A stretch of DNA of 64,000 bases from a virus (IMGVR_UViG_3300021964_010723), one strand, 5' to 3'; numbered from the stretch's first letter, positions 20,317 to 29,830 are shown. Notes: generated by a model from the letters alone, not told the origin. Program-made: numbers and translations.

Positions 20317-21004
20317 TCGAGTTGTTGATGCTGGAATGACTGAAGAATGGTATAATGATATAGTAAGTGATCTACAACCTGCAATAGACTTAATAGAAAA
20401 GCACCTTAATAGTGGTTACGATAATCCAGGAGGAGAATACTTTAATTTAAGTTGGCCACTTGGCCATACTCCTTATATGCCTGCAGAACAAAAGAAGGAA
20501 CGCACAGAGCAAGGCCTGTATGAAGAAATTGAATTTGATGATTATGTACTAAATTGTAATTACTTCCGAAAAGGTACACCTGAAGAATATATTGTGCATG
20601 GTATACGCCCAAAGTATACTAGTTTTGCAGTAGGTAAACATGTAAAAAGATATATCGATACAATTGCAGAAATAGACGGCCATCAAGACAGAAATAAAGT
20701 TATGTTAGTTATGTACAAAGGTCCTAACTTTAGTATGCAATGGCATAACGATAGTTACACATACAATAGATATCAGCTTCCAATTACTACTACACCGTTT
20801 GGACAGTTTGGCTGGCAGTATACACACAATGATGGATCTGTTGAAGAAACTTGGTTAAGTTTAGATAAGGGTGTTACATATTGGGTAGACACACAAACTA
20901 CACATATATTTGATAACAGTCGTCCGGGCTGTACTGGACGTATACACTTTATGGTAGACTACTTAGATTGGAAACCACATTACGAAAACGGATTTAAACC
21001 ATGA
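20288..21004 (+). CDS. 2OG-Fe(II) oxygenase, Asp/Asn beta-hydroxylase-like
   Basis: WHND..RYQLPI..DTQTTHIF..RIHFMV. Confidence 0.8.
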   Translation: MHRSEELGLSRVVDAGMTEEWYNDIVSDLQPAIDLIEKHLNSGYDNPGGEYFNLSWPLGHTPYMPAEQKKERTEQGLYEEIEFDDYVLNCNYFRKGTPEEYIVHGIRPKYTSFAVGKHVKRYIDTIAEIDGHQDRNKVMLVMYKGPNFSMQWHNDSYTYNRYQLPITTTPFGQFGWQYTHNDGSVEETWLSLDKGVTYWVDTQTTHIFDNSRPGCTGRIHFMVDYLDWKPHYENGFKP

Positions 21005-21894
21005 AGATAATAGACGAATCTACAATACATCCTAACTTACAAGTTCCTTGGAAAAGCCAAGAAGATGAATTCGTACCTGACTTTGATAAAAAAGTTGATT
21101 TAGATGAAAAGCAAAGATACGAATCACAAGTTGCAAGATATGAACAAGAAAATCCAGTTAGCACTACTATTAAAGAAATACCTCATCTAAAATTAAAATT
21201 GCCGCTTTTTAATTATGAACAGGCATGGAATGAAGTACAGCAGTTAGATGATGAAACATTTAGCCGTTGTAATCTACGTAATTATAAAGAAACGCAGGAA
21301 AAAGGGCCGATTTTGCATCCACACTGGTATAGTAAGACAATAGTAAATTATACTCCGCATAGTTATACAGGGCAAGGTAAACAAGCTAAAGAAGAAGCAG
21401 CCTGGGCATATCCAGAGTATCAAAAATATGCTGCTAGCATAGTAGATAACGTTCCTCGCTTAAACAGTGAAGATATGGAATTTTACAAAACTGAAATTTA
21501 CGATCAGTTACCTACTATTACAAATTTTATTAATACGTATATTGCTGATACAACATATCGTATGCACGTATGGAAAATTAAAGACGGTGGTTATTTAAAT
21601 TGGCACAACCATGCACGATTACCTTGGCATAGCGATGTTATTGTTAATGATAAAGCAATTGTACATTTGCCATTGTACACACATCCTGATGTATATATGC
21701 TAGTTCGTAAGGAAGGCAAAATTTATGCTGAACATTATAATCCAGGAGAAGTATGGATATTCAATTACATATACGATCATGCTGTAGATAATCCAACAGA
21801 TGTGTTTCGCTGTCATATTGTGTTGTATGTGCCACTAACTGATAAAAAGTTTTGCAGTTTAGTAGAAAGGTCTTTAAATGATCAAAGAAATTGA
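21001..21894 (+). CDS. 2OG-Fe(II) oxygenase-like protein, HxH variant
   Basis: GGYLNWHNH..IVHLPL..NYIYDHAV..RCHIVL. Confidence 0.75.
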   Translation: MKIIDESTIHPNLQVPWKSQEDEFVPDFDKKVDLDEKQRYESQVARYEQENPVSTTIKEIPHLKLKLPLFNYEQAWNEVQQLDDETFSRCNLRNYKETQEKGPILHPHWYSKTIVNYTPHSYTGQGKQAKEEAAWAYPEYQKYAASIVDNVPRLNSEDMEFYKTEIYDQLPTITNFINTYIADTTYRMHVWKIKDGGYLNWHNHARLPWHSDVIVNDKAIVHLPLYTHPDVYMLVRKEGKIYAEHYNPGEVWIFNYIYDHAVDNPTDVFRCHIVLYVPLTDKKFCSLVERSLNDQRN

Positions 21895-22408
21895 TACGTG
21901 CGATTATAATATTTTACAAGATGTTAATTTTATAGTAAAGGATGCCGAGTATCTAGCAAATATTATAAAAAAACCGTGTAGAATAACTTTTTATATTTCG
22001 GAACATCGAAATTGGAATCAAATGCAGTCATTACCTGTCTTTGAAGATAACGAAAGATTTACATGTTTAGGTCCAAAACCAATGATTGAAATTTATCATT
22101 GTAAATATAAAAACAATTTAGAGTTAGATTTTTTAAAAGATATTAAAAAAAAATATAATATTACAGACTTTGTTGTTGCTTGTATGAGTCCAAATTTTAT
22201 AATGAATTGGCACACAGATTGGTTCGGCGGCAAACGTTTGCATATTCCAATTGTAACAAATGATCAGTGCTTTCTTGAAACAGAAGAATTAAAAGTAAAT
22301 TGTCAAACTAATAAAGTTTATATTTTAGATACCGAAGTTGAACATACAGCATGTAATCTTGGAAATTCAAATAGATTACATTTAATAGGCGATTTAAATG
22401 CAATGTAA
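21878..22408 (+). CDS. 2OG-Fe(II) oxygenase, Asp/Asn beta-hydroxylase-like
   Basis: WHTD..RLHIPI..DTEVEHTA..RLHLI. Confidence 0.85.
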   Translation: MIKEIDTCDYNILQDVNFIVKDAEYLANIIKKPCRITFYISEHRNWNQMQSLPVFEDNERFTCLGPKPMIEIYHCKYKNNLELDFLKDIKKKYNITDFVVACMSPNFIMNWHTDWFGGKRLHIPIVTNDQCFLETEELKVNCQTNKVYILDTEVEHTACNLGNSNRLHLIGDLNAM

Positions 22409-22988
22409 AAAAATTGATATTAATATCGACATAAATACACTAAAAGATATATTAAGCCCTTATTGCAATAATTTACATAACATTGCAAAACAATATCCAG
22501 ACGATATTGTAAGAGTAATGACTAATTATCCTGCAGGGTTAGGGCATTACACAATGAATAAACGCTTAGACGAAAATTGGCAAGTAATTGAAACTGATGA
22601 ATATTTTCTATATACAATGATTAACAAATTTAGTACACGTATGATAAGTGTTTACTATAAAGAGTCTGCCGATATTGACAATTATATACAAGAAATTATA
22701 AACAAAATACAATCTGTAGAAAATATAAAAGATAAAACTCCTGTAGTTGCATTAGTATATGCTGGTCCTAAGTTTAGATTAGAGAAACATATCGATAGTA
22801 AAGGGTTAGTAAGGTATCATATTCCGCTAGAAACTACTGAACACAGTTATTTTGTAACTTATGATCCTAAAACTAAGTGGTGGCCAAAAGAAGGCGACGT
22901 ATGGCGTTTAGAGACTGAGAAATATCATGCAGCAATGAACGATAGTGAAACAGAAACAAGAATACATATGATAGTGGATTTTATCTAA
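22398..22988 (+). CDS. 2OG-Fe(II) oxygenase, Asp/Asn beta-hydroxylase-like
   Basis: KHID..RYHIPL..ETEKYHAA..RIHMIV. Confidence 0.85.
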   Translation: MQCKKIDINIDINTLKDILSPYCNNLHNIAKQYPDDIVRVMTNYPAGLGHYTMNKRLDENWQVIETDEYFLYTMINKFSTRMISVYYKESADIDNYIQEIINKIQSVENIKDKTPVVALVYAGPKFRLEKHIDSKGLVRYHIPLETTEHSYFVTYDPKTKWWPKEGDVWRLETEKYHAAMNDSETETRIHMIVDFI

Positions 22989-23617
22989 TGACTAATGTAA
23001 CGCTATTAGACACAAATTTTAAAGATATGTTAACTGAGTTAAAAACTGAGCTAGCGCCTTATCTTGCAGCAATGCAAGATTATGAGCAACATTTAGATTT
23101 TAGTAAATACCCAAATAGAGTAGCAATTGTATACCCTGTAGGCAATACACAAAAAAGTTTATATGCAAGCAGAAATCTTGATAAAAAGAAACCAGTTCAC
23201 AGAGATTTTGAAACATACAAAAGTTTGCAATTATTTTTCCCCGGACATCAAACTTTAAACCATACGCTCCAACTTAAAGGAGGAAAATATCCTGTTGATA
23301 TAATTAATAAAATAAAGTTTATTATTTTTAAAGAAACTGGATATGATGTATTAGAGTGCGAAGCAGCAATTGCAACAAAGTATAAAAACTACACATTGCA
23401 GCCGCACATTGACGGTGATAAGGAAGAAAGTGGAGTAACGAACAGAATTCATTTGGTATTAGAGTCTAGTGAAACAAATTACTTTGAAGATGAAAATAAA
23501 ATGAGATACAACCTTAAAGAAGGAGAAGTTTGGGATCTAGATGTTACACGTACACATGGTACTGGAAACTTTTCAGATGCTAGAGCTACTCATCTAGTTC
23601 TCGATTACAAAGGATGA
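22988..23617 (+). CDS. 2OG-Fe(II) oxygenase, Asp/Asn beta-hydroxylase-like
   Basis: PHID..RIHLVL..DVTRTHGT..RATHLVL. Confidence 0.8.
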   Translation: MTNVTLLDTNFKDMLTELKTELAPYLAAMQDYEQHLDFSKYPNRVAIVYPVGNTQKSLYASRNLDKKKPVHRDFETYKSLQLFFPGHQTLNHTLQLKGGKYPVDIINKIKFIIFKETGYDVLECEAAIATKYKNYTLQPHIDGDKEESGVTNRIHLVLESSETNYFEDENKMRYNLKEGEVWDLDVTRTHGTGNFSDARATHLVLDYKG

Positions 23618-25173
23618 AACTTTTACTATGTACTATACCTAAAAATGGAGTCAATACTCCTAGTCTAGCAATCGGATACCTTCAAGCGGCTTGTAAGCAG
23701 CAAGGCATAGCCGTAGAAGTAAGAGATTTTAACTGGGACCTCTGGAATGCTACTATACATACGGACTGGTGGGAAATATGGAAAGAGTCTAACACAGATT
23801 TATACAAAGGTAATCGATTTAATCAGTTTGTCAATGAAGTATACGACAACTTTCTTGATAAGTGGGCAGAAGAAATAGCAAACAACAATGCTGAATGGAT
23901 CGGCATCAGTTGTTTTAGCTATCGTAGTTTGCCTAGTTTGAAACTTCTGGCTCCTAAAATCCGCAAACTTGCTCCTACTAAAAAGATAATTGTCGGCGGC
24001 GCTCCTATAGCAACATATGCAAATTGGATTATAGCAAATAATATAGCAGATTATGCAGTTGAAAGCGAAGGCGATGTTGTGCTTCCTAAAATACTTAAAG
24101 GAGAGATACAGCCCGGAATTGTTAAATCTATACAAATTGATGACCTTAACTCCTTACCGCCAGCAGATTATACAGGACTAGATTTTTCTAAATATATCCC
24201 AGGAGATCCAGGCGGACTACGAGTACATCATAATTCAGCCTGGACTAGTAATAGAGTTGAAGCAGGAATAATGGGTAGTAGAGGATGCGTTCGTAAATGT
24301 ACATTTTGTGATGTAGAACAGTATTGGCCTAAATTTAGATGGCGCAGTGCCGAAAGCATTTATGACGAAATGCTAATGCTATACAACAAAGGCATAAACG
24401 AAATATATTTTTACGATAGTTTAATAAATGGTAATCAAAGCGAGTTTGAAAAGTTGCTAGATTTAATTATCGCAGATGGTTCTAAGTTTAGAAGTATCAA
24501 AGGTTTAGCAATTTTTAAATTTCAGCCTGAAAGGTTGTATGAAAAAATGTCTAAAGCAAATGTGAAACAACTAAGTATCGGGGTAGAAAGTTTCTCAGAA
24601 GAAATTCGTACACAGATGCGTAAAAAGTTTAGCAATGCTACTATGGAAGAAAATCTTGAAATGTACAAAAAGTACAAAATAAGAGTAGTACTGCTAATGG
24701 TAATAGGGTATCCTAGTGAACGAGAAAAACATCATAAAGAAAATCTTAAATGGATAAGAGAACATGCCAGCATGGCACAAGGAAAACCAATTAGTAGAAT
24801 TGAAATAGGCGGAACAATGATTATACTACCTGGAGCTCCTGTGTTCAAAGATCATATGTTTGATTATTATATTGACAAAAAAAATGAATGGATTTCACTA
24901 AATGGTAGAGAATCTAATACGATGGATGTTAGAGTGAGACGTAGAGAAGAAACTGAAGACTATTGTGCTCGTTACGGATTTGCTACTGGAAGTGTATATG
25001 GAGAAGGAGGAATTGTTTTAGGTGATCATGAAAAAAATAATGCTGCTGACTATAAACGCCCGCAAGATAGTCTGACACCATTAACAAATATTAATAAGTT
25101 AAATTTTGAAGAAGACGGCATTGTATTAGGATGGGAAAGTGATCCAACTCGACCATTACATCAAAATTCGTAG
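23614..25173 (+). CDS. B12-binding radical SAM protein
   Basis: PSLAIGYL, IIVGGA, GSRGCVRKCTFC, GVESFS, VIGYP; paralog of 9236-10723. Confidence 0.9.
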   Translation: MKLLLCTIPKNGVNTPSLAIGYLQAACKQQGIAVEVRDFNWDLWNATIHTDWWEIWKESNTDLYKGNRFNQFVNEVYDNFLDKWAEEIANNNAEWIGISCFSYRSLPSLKLLAPKIRKLAPTKKIIVGGAPIATYANWIIANNIADYAVESEGDVVLPKILKGEIQPGIVKSIQIDDLNSLPPADYTGLDFSKYIPGDPGGLRVHHNSAWTSNRVEAGIMGSRGCVRKCTFCDVEQYWPKFRWRSAESIYDEMLMLYNKGINEIYFYDSLINGNQSEFEKLLDLIIADGSKFRSIKGLAIFKFQPERLYEKMSKANVKQLSIGVESFSEEIRTQMRKKFSNATMEENLEMYKKYKIRVVLLMVIGYPSEREKHHKENLKWIREHASMAQGKPISRIEIGGTMIILPGAPVFKDHMFDYYIDKKNEWISLNGRESNTMDVRVRRREETEDYCARYGFATGSVYGEGGIVLGDHEKNNAADYKRPQDSLTPLTNINKLNFEEDGIVLGWESDPTRPLHQNS

Positions 25174-25787
25174 TCAAATAGTTTTATTTCGTATGCAAAA
25201 TCTTTTAAGATTTGGTCGTGCATCCAATCTTTGTATAACGTTTTATATGTAGCCTTGCTGTGTGTACCTGTGTTTAAAACTGGTAAATCTGGTAATATAT
25301 ATCCGCTAAAGATACTATTTAAATAATTACGTAAATGTTCTATAGGAAGGATGTGTTTGGCTACTATAGTTCCGTCTAATGTGTAGTAATCTTTACCTGG
25401 ATTCAATGTGCCACGTAGTTCTAAAAGTCCTTGACAGAAGCGGTTAAATGTGTCTGTAGGTACTTGTGTAACTCCTAGCTTTTTCATATGATAAAATTTA
25501 CTTGCTAATAAATTCCATGGGTTGCGGACAGTAACTATTATTTCCATTTTATTCCACCACTGTGGAAATGTTTCTTTGGCTCTCGCCGCAGTCATGTGAT
25601 GCGTAATTATAGTGTCTTGTTCAATGTCAACATTAAAGTTGCTTTGTTTATAATTTAAACTTGTTAAATAGGGACGATGATTAATTTTAGCAAACTCTAC
25701 AAGCCAGTGTGTCATGCTAAGACTTGCACTTTTTGGCTGGCGTAAGTAACAAATAAATTTTCCAGGCGGAAAGATTATACTAGTCAC
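25161..25787 (-). CDS. Sulfotransferase family 2-like protein
   Basis: LRQPKSASLS, VTVRNPW; probable GTG start at 25787 overlapping the upstream TGA. Confidence 0.75.
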   Translation of the reverse strand: MTSIIFPPGKFICYLRQPKSASLSMTHWLVEFAKINHRPYLTSLNYKQSNFNVDIEQDTIITHHMTAARAKETFPQWWNKMEIIVTVRNPWNLLASKFYHMKKLGVTQVPTDTFNRFCQGLLELRGTLNPGKDYYTLDGTIVAKHILPIEHLRNYLNSIFSGYILPDLPVLNTGTHSKATYKTLYKDWMHDQILKDFAYEIKLFDYEF

Positions 25788-26248
25788 ATTATTCTCATAA
25801 TAAATTGATGTCCGCCATAGTGCAATTGTTCGTGTGAAATATTCCAAAGGTATTTTGAGAATTTAGCAAAATATTCAAATAGTTTAGGACTTTCCTCTCT
25901 ACTTAGCCAGATACTGGTATAGCCTAGGGCTAATGCATACTTTGTACTAAGATCCAAAGTTTCTAATCCTCTTGCTAAATCATTAGACTTAGTGCCAAAA
26001 TTGTAAGTTCTTTCTCGAGTATGTCGGCTCATAATTCTTATTGATTTATTATATTCTGGTCTTTCTATTCCAGCACTATAATAAATTAGTTCTCCATTAT
26101 AGTATGCCATTCTAGCAAATTTAGTGTATTCAAATAAAGGCCATTTTAAGTAATTATCTGCGTGTCTGTGAGTAGAATTTTTTTCAAATAGAGTTTTTAT
26201 TGCATTTAAATGGCTGTCTATAGGCTCTAAATACCATTTTAGGTGCAT
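25784..26248 (-). CDS. Hypothetical protein, possible GNAT-like fold
   Basis: 154 aa, coupled at both ends; ALALGYTSIWLS resembles a GNAT C-terminal motif (weak). Confidence 0.3.
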   Translation of the reverse strand: MHLKWYLEPIDSHLNAIKTLFEKNSTHRHADNYLKWPLFEYTKFARMAYYNGELIYYSAGIERPEYNKSIRIMSRHTRERTYNFGTKSNDLARGLETLDLSTKYALALGYTSIWLSREESPKLFEYFAKFSKYLWNISHEQLHYGGHQFIMRIM

Positions 26249-26871
26249 AAATTATTCTGCAAGAAATTTAAATCTTCAGTGCCTTTTAATGAAAACATCA
26301 AAGCAGTCCTATCATTTAGACTATCATTTACAACAGAATGTGGAAAACCTACATTTAAAAAATAAATTTTTCCAGCTTTTAAATTGTATTCTTCAATCTT
26401 GTTTTTTCTTTTAAAAAGATTTTTTACATTTTTATCTGTTTCAATGGGATAGATACATCTTACAGCATAATCTACGTTATAATCTACATGGAAAGGAATA
26501 GTTTTTCCTGCTGACAATTTTGTTATACGTATGCGACTTACAGGAGCTTTAAAAAGTTTTTTTAAATTATTTTCTAGCCAAGTATCTTTGAAAAAAGGTG
26601 TAGCTACATTGTACAAATGTTCTTCTTGTCTTTTCAATCTTTCTTTAATATTTTCTGTGTAAGGCAAAATTTCTGAAGGGTTAGTTAAATTTATTTGTTC
26701 AAAGTTGTCATATACATTTTTAACTAATTCCATGTGATTGTCACATAGCATCGGATTAGCAGACCTAACATCGATAAATTTGTCTTTTATGGTTAAAAAA
26801 TATTCATTGACTTTATTAAAATCAATAGTAAATGGAAATTCTGCAACGTTAGGTAATACATGTTTATTCAT
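26239..26871 (-). CDS. 2OG-Fe(II) oxygenase, Asp/Asn beta-hydroxylase-like
   Basis: RIRITKLSAGKTIPFHVD..NVGFPHSVVN..RTALMF. Confidence 0.85.
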   Translation of the reverse strand: MNKHVLPNVAEFPFTIDFNKVNEYFLTIKDKFIDVRSANPMLCDNHMELVKNVYDNFEQINLTNPSEILPYTENIKERLKRQEEHLYNVATPFFKDTWLENNLKKLFKAPVSRIRITKLSAGKTIPFHVDYNVDYAVRCIYPIETDKNVKNLFKRKNKIEEYNLKAGKIYFLNVGFPHSVVNDSLNDRTALMFSLKGTEDLNFLQNNLCT

Positions 26872-27640
26872 TATATTCTGCCATTAATGGTGATAAGCTA
26901 ATTCTATTTATGTTGTTTGTACGTTTGAATTTATTGTAAATTGGATTAGTTGATGTTGCAAGCCAAACCGAATCGCTAGGTGTTAAATCTAATTTATCAC
27001 AAATTTTGTATTGTAAGTTGTTAAGTCGGTTGTATACATAGTTAATATCAAATGTTTTTATAATTTCTTCAGATGCATTATGAGCAATATAATTATAATA
27101 TTTTGCACTGTTTATTAGGTTTTCTAATTTATTATCTTGTGTCCTAGAAAAAAACCATCCTGTTCTAATGTTTCTAATGCCAAATGATTTACTTAAACTA
27201 TAAAATACATATTCGATATTATCACTATTTTTTATTTCAATAATTTTGGTACTACCTATATATGCTAAGTCTAAAGCAACAGGAATATCAGTAGGAATGT
27301 TTCTATAATTACCATGTATACTACTAGGACAACTTATATAATGGATATATGAATCATGTATTGTAGCTGTTTTTGGAACCCATTGATAATCGCCGTCGTC
27401 TAAAAAAATTTTTCGTTTTTCATTTGACAACCACCAATCTAAGCCTTGTGTAATACCATTCATTGGATAAACATAAAAATTAGATAAATCTATTATAGGA
27501 TGCAACCATTGAACTATATTTGTTTTATACGGAGTTACGTTGTCCAAATCATAAGGTATACGAGATATTGTTTTCCGAACCTCGCTAAGAACGTTTGTTC
27601 TTACTGCTGTGCTTTGAGCTAGTAATTTATTTACTTGCAT
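26864..27640 (-). CDS. PLP-dependent aminotransferase class I/II-like protein (short)
   Basis: NGITQG, DLAY, SLSKSFGIRNIRTGW PLP-lysine motif. Confidence 0.8.
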   Translation of the reverse strand: MQVNKLLAQSTAVRTNVLSEVRKTISRIPYDLDNVTPYKTNIVQWLHPIIDLSNFYVYPMNGITQGLDWWLSNEKRKIFLDDGDYQWVPKTATIHDSYIHYISCPSSIHGNYRNIPTDIPVALDLAYIGSTKIIEIKNSDNIEYVFYSLSKSFGIRNIRTGWFFSRTQDNKLENLINSAKYYNYIAHNASEEIIKTFDINYVYNRLNNLQYKICDKLDLTPSDSVWLATSTNPIYNKFKRTNNINRISLSPLMAEYNE

Positions 27641-28205
27641 TTATGTGATGAGTATGATGGTCCCCTTCAAAAGGAGCAATAAAACTTAACCAAAAACAAT
27701 TCTTTGCAGTGCCAGTGGAGGTATGGCCCCACAAATTTAATGCACCAAAACCTATGTATGATAATAGAGAAATTAAAGATAAAATTATTATCGAATCAAT
27801 TCCAAATAATAAAAATAGAATGAAAGCATTTACAGCATATAATAGATAGATATTTTTGTGAACAAATACAATGTATTGATTTTTTATTACATCTTTTATA
27901 AATTTTCTAGGAATGTTTTTTACTTTCCAAAGACTGAATAAAATTACATACCATTTTAAATATTTTCTACTATGAGGATCTTTTGGAGTGTCTGAATAGG
28001 TATGATGCATTCTGTGAACACCGACCCAAGTCAAGGGAGATTTACATCCGCAGAGCATGCCACAGTATAAAATTAAAATTTCGTGGAATACACTAGTTGT
28101 AAATGTTTGATGGGCATAAAAGCGATGATAACCAAAGGTAATACCAATTGTAGAAGTAATAAAATATAAAAGATATGACAGTAATGTTAGACTTAATACA
28201 TCCAT
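27627..28205 (-). CDS. Membrane fatty-acid (delta-9-like) desaturase
   Basis: Three His boxes HRFYAH, HRMHH, HHTHH; hydrophobic segments. Confidence 0.85.
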   Translation of the reverse strand: MDVLSLTLLSYLLYFITSTIGITFGYHRFYAHQTFTTSVFHEILILYCGMLCGCKSPLTWVGVHRMHHTYSDTPKDPHSRKYLKWYVILFSLWKVKNIPRKFIKDVIKNQYIVFVHKNIYLLYAVNAFILFLLFGIDSIIILSLISLLSYIGFGALNLWGHTSTGTAKNCFWLSFIAPFEGDHHTHHINASK

Positions 28206-28214
28206 TATAATTTT

Positions 28215-29798
28215 TTATGATAGATTTACCCATCCGCTGCCATCATACCCTTGGAATTTTGGCACAGCAGGAGAGCCACCTTGAGATCCATCATCAAGAA
28301 GAAAAATTATCATTCCTGCAGCAGGAGAAGTAATATCTGCATCTCTTGCAGTGCTGTCAGCATAAGTACCTAAGTTAACAGGCCCACCAAATGCAGCGTC
28401 ACCGTCTACAGTTAATCTAGCAGTAGCAATGTCTGTTCCTATTGATAAGGACCCGTCTTCTTGTATGTAAACTCTAGCTGTTGCAGGAAAATTTTGTATC
28501 GGTCCTCGACAGAAAAATTTAAATCCATCTGTTCCGCCTTTGATAAAAGCATCTGTTATATCTTCTCCATTAAGATCTGATCGGGTGAAATCTAATCTGC
28601 CATGGTCGTTACCAGCACCTGACAGATCTAGATCAGAGCGGTTATAATTCAATTGGAATCTAGTTTGTCCTTGTCCTCTTACTCTAATGTACCAAAAACC
28701 GTTTACTCCGGTTGAATCTACTATTTCTAAATTTTTAGCTGGAACAGCGATAAGTTGAGTGGTTAAAGAGTCTGATGTTACAATACTGGCAATTACATTA
28801 CCAGTCAAATTACCACTAACATTCCCTGACACGTCTCCAGTCAAGTCACCAGTAACATTCCCGAACACGTCTCCAGTCAAGTCACCAGTAACATTCCCGA
28901 ACACGTCTCCAGTAACATTTCCGATCACGTCTCCAATAACATCACCTTGTATATCAATATAACCTATTCCTGTTACGTGATCAATCAACACACTAGAATC
29001 TGTACCTATTAGGCTTGCTTCTATTGTCAATGCTTCTATGAAAGGAGTGTGTATCGTGGTATTTACCTCTAAGGTGTCTACAGTAGTATTTGTTGCAGTT
29101 AAAGTATCAATAGTTGCAGTGTCAGAGATCGTTATGGTACTCAAAGTTAAAACATTTGGAACTACAGGTCCAGGAATCCATTTGTTTGTTGAGCTGTCCC
29201 ATTTTAATACATCTCCAGGATATATAGTGCCAGGATAAGAAATATCCTTTAAATCCTCAATAGAATTATTGCCTAAATATACATTTTCGCTAGTTCTGCT
29301 AACTAAGACTTGACCATTGACACCTTGTATAGATGCTGTAATACTGTTTGTTGGTATCCAAGTACTTGAGGATGCTGAATACCTAAGTACATCATCGTTA
29401 GCTGGATTCTCTGCATCTACATCAGGAAGATCAGAAAGCACATTATTATCTAGTACTAGTTTGCTGTTTGCTCCGTCAACTAATGGCTGGGAATCGTCGC
29501 CAAAAATACTACCCGTTACATCTGTTATAATGGTAGGAATGGTAAGTGTTCCTGTCGCTGAAATATCTCCGCTAATGTTGATATTACCAAAACCTACAAT
29601 ATCTTGTCCATTTAAGTCTATATCGGCACCTAATTGTGGAGATGTGTCATTTATCAAATCTGAAACGCTCACACCACCTGCAGTAACTCCGTCCCCTATA
29701 TATAATCTTTTTGTATCAGTTGAGTAAACTAGCTCACCTTCTACGAAAACAATGCCAATGCGCTCTAAGTCTGTTCCTCTACGTATTCGTAACGCCAT
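28215..29798 (-). CDS. Tail fibre/virion structural protein with Mtd/hyaluronidase-type N-terminal motif
   Basis: LRIRRGT..GELVYSTDTKRLYIGDG; G-x-V/L-x repeat tract; C-terminal GMIIF..FQGYDGSGWVNL; TATAAATA upstream. Confidence 0.75.
   Translation of the reverse strand: MALRIRRGTDLERIGIVFVEGELVYSTDTKRLYIGDGVTAGGVSVSDLINDTSPQLGADIDLNGQDIVGFGNINISGDISATGTLTIPTIITDVTGSIFGDDSQPLVDGANSKLVLDNNVLSDLPDVDAENPANDDVLRYSASSSTWIPTNSITASIQGVNGQVLVSRTSENVYLGNNSIEDLKDISYPGTIYPGDVLKWDSSTNKWIPGPVVPNVLTLSTITISDTATIDTLTATNTTVDTLEVNTTIHTPFIEALTIEASLIGTDSSVLIDHVTGIGYIDIQGDVIGDVIGNVTGDVFGNVTGDLTGDVFGNVTGDLTGDVSGNVSGNLTGNVIASIVTSDSLTTQLIAVPAKNLEIVDSTGVNGFWYIRVRGQGQTRFQLNYNRSDLDLSGAGNDHGRLDFTRSDLNGEDITDAFIKGGTDGFKFFCRGPIQNFPATARVYIQEDGSLSIGTDIATARLTVDGDAAFGGPVNLGTYADSTARDADITSPAAGMIIFLLDDGSQGGSPAVPKFQGYDGSGWVNLS
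28790..28946 (-). repeat. In-frame tandem repeat with 12-bp periodicity; two identical 36-bp units
   Basis: acacgtctccagtcaagtcaccagtaacattcccga at 28829-28864 and 28865-28900, encoding GDVFGNVTGDLT-type repeats. Confidence 0.95.
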
Positions 29799-29830
29799 GT
29801 CTTATAACTCCTAATATTCCTTGCTTTATA

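Noticed and set aside
28829-28913. 36-bp direct repeats as a CRISPR array
   Set aside because: The units are contiguous with no spacers, in frame within a coding region, and part of a 12-bp-period protein repeat.
28215-29798. Diversity-generating retroelement target (Mtd-like N-terminus)
   Set aside because: No reverse transcriptase and no TR/VR pair differing at adenines was seen in the window; the N-terminal motif is a common fibre anchor.
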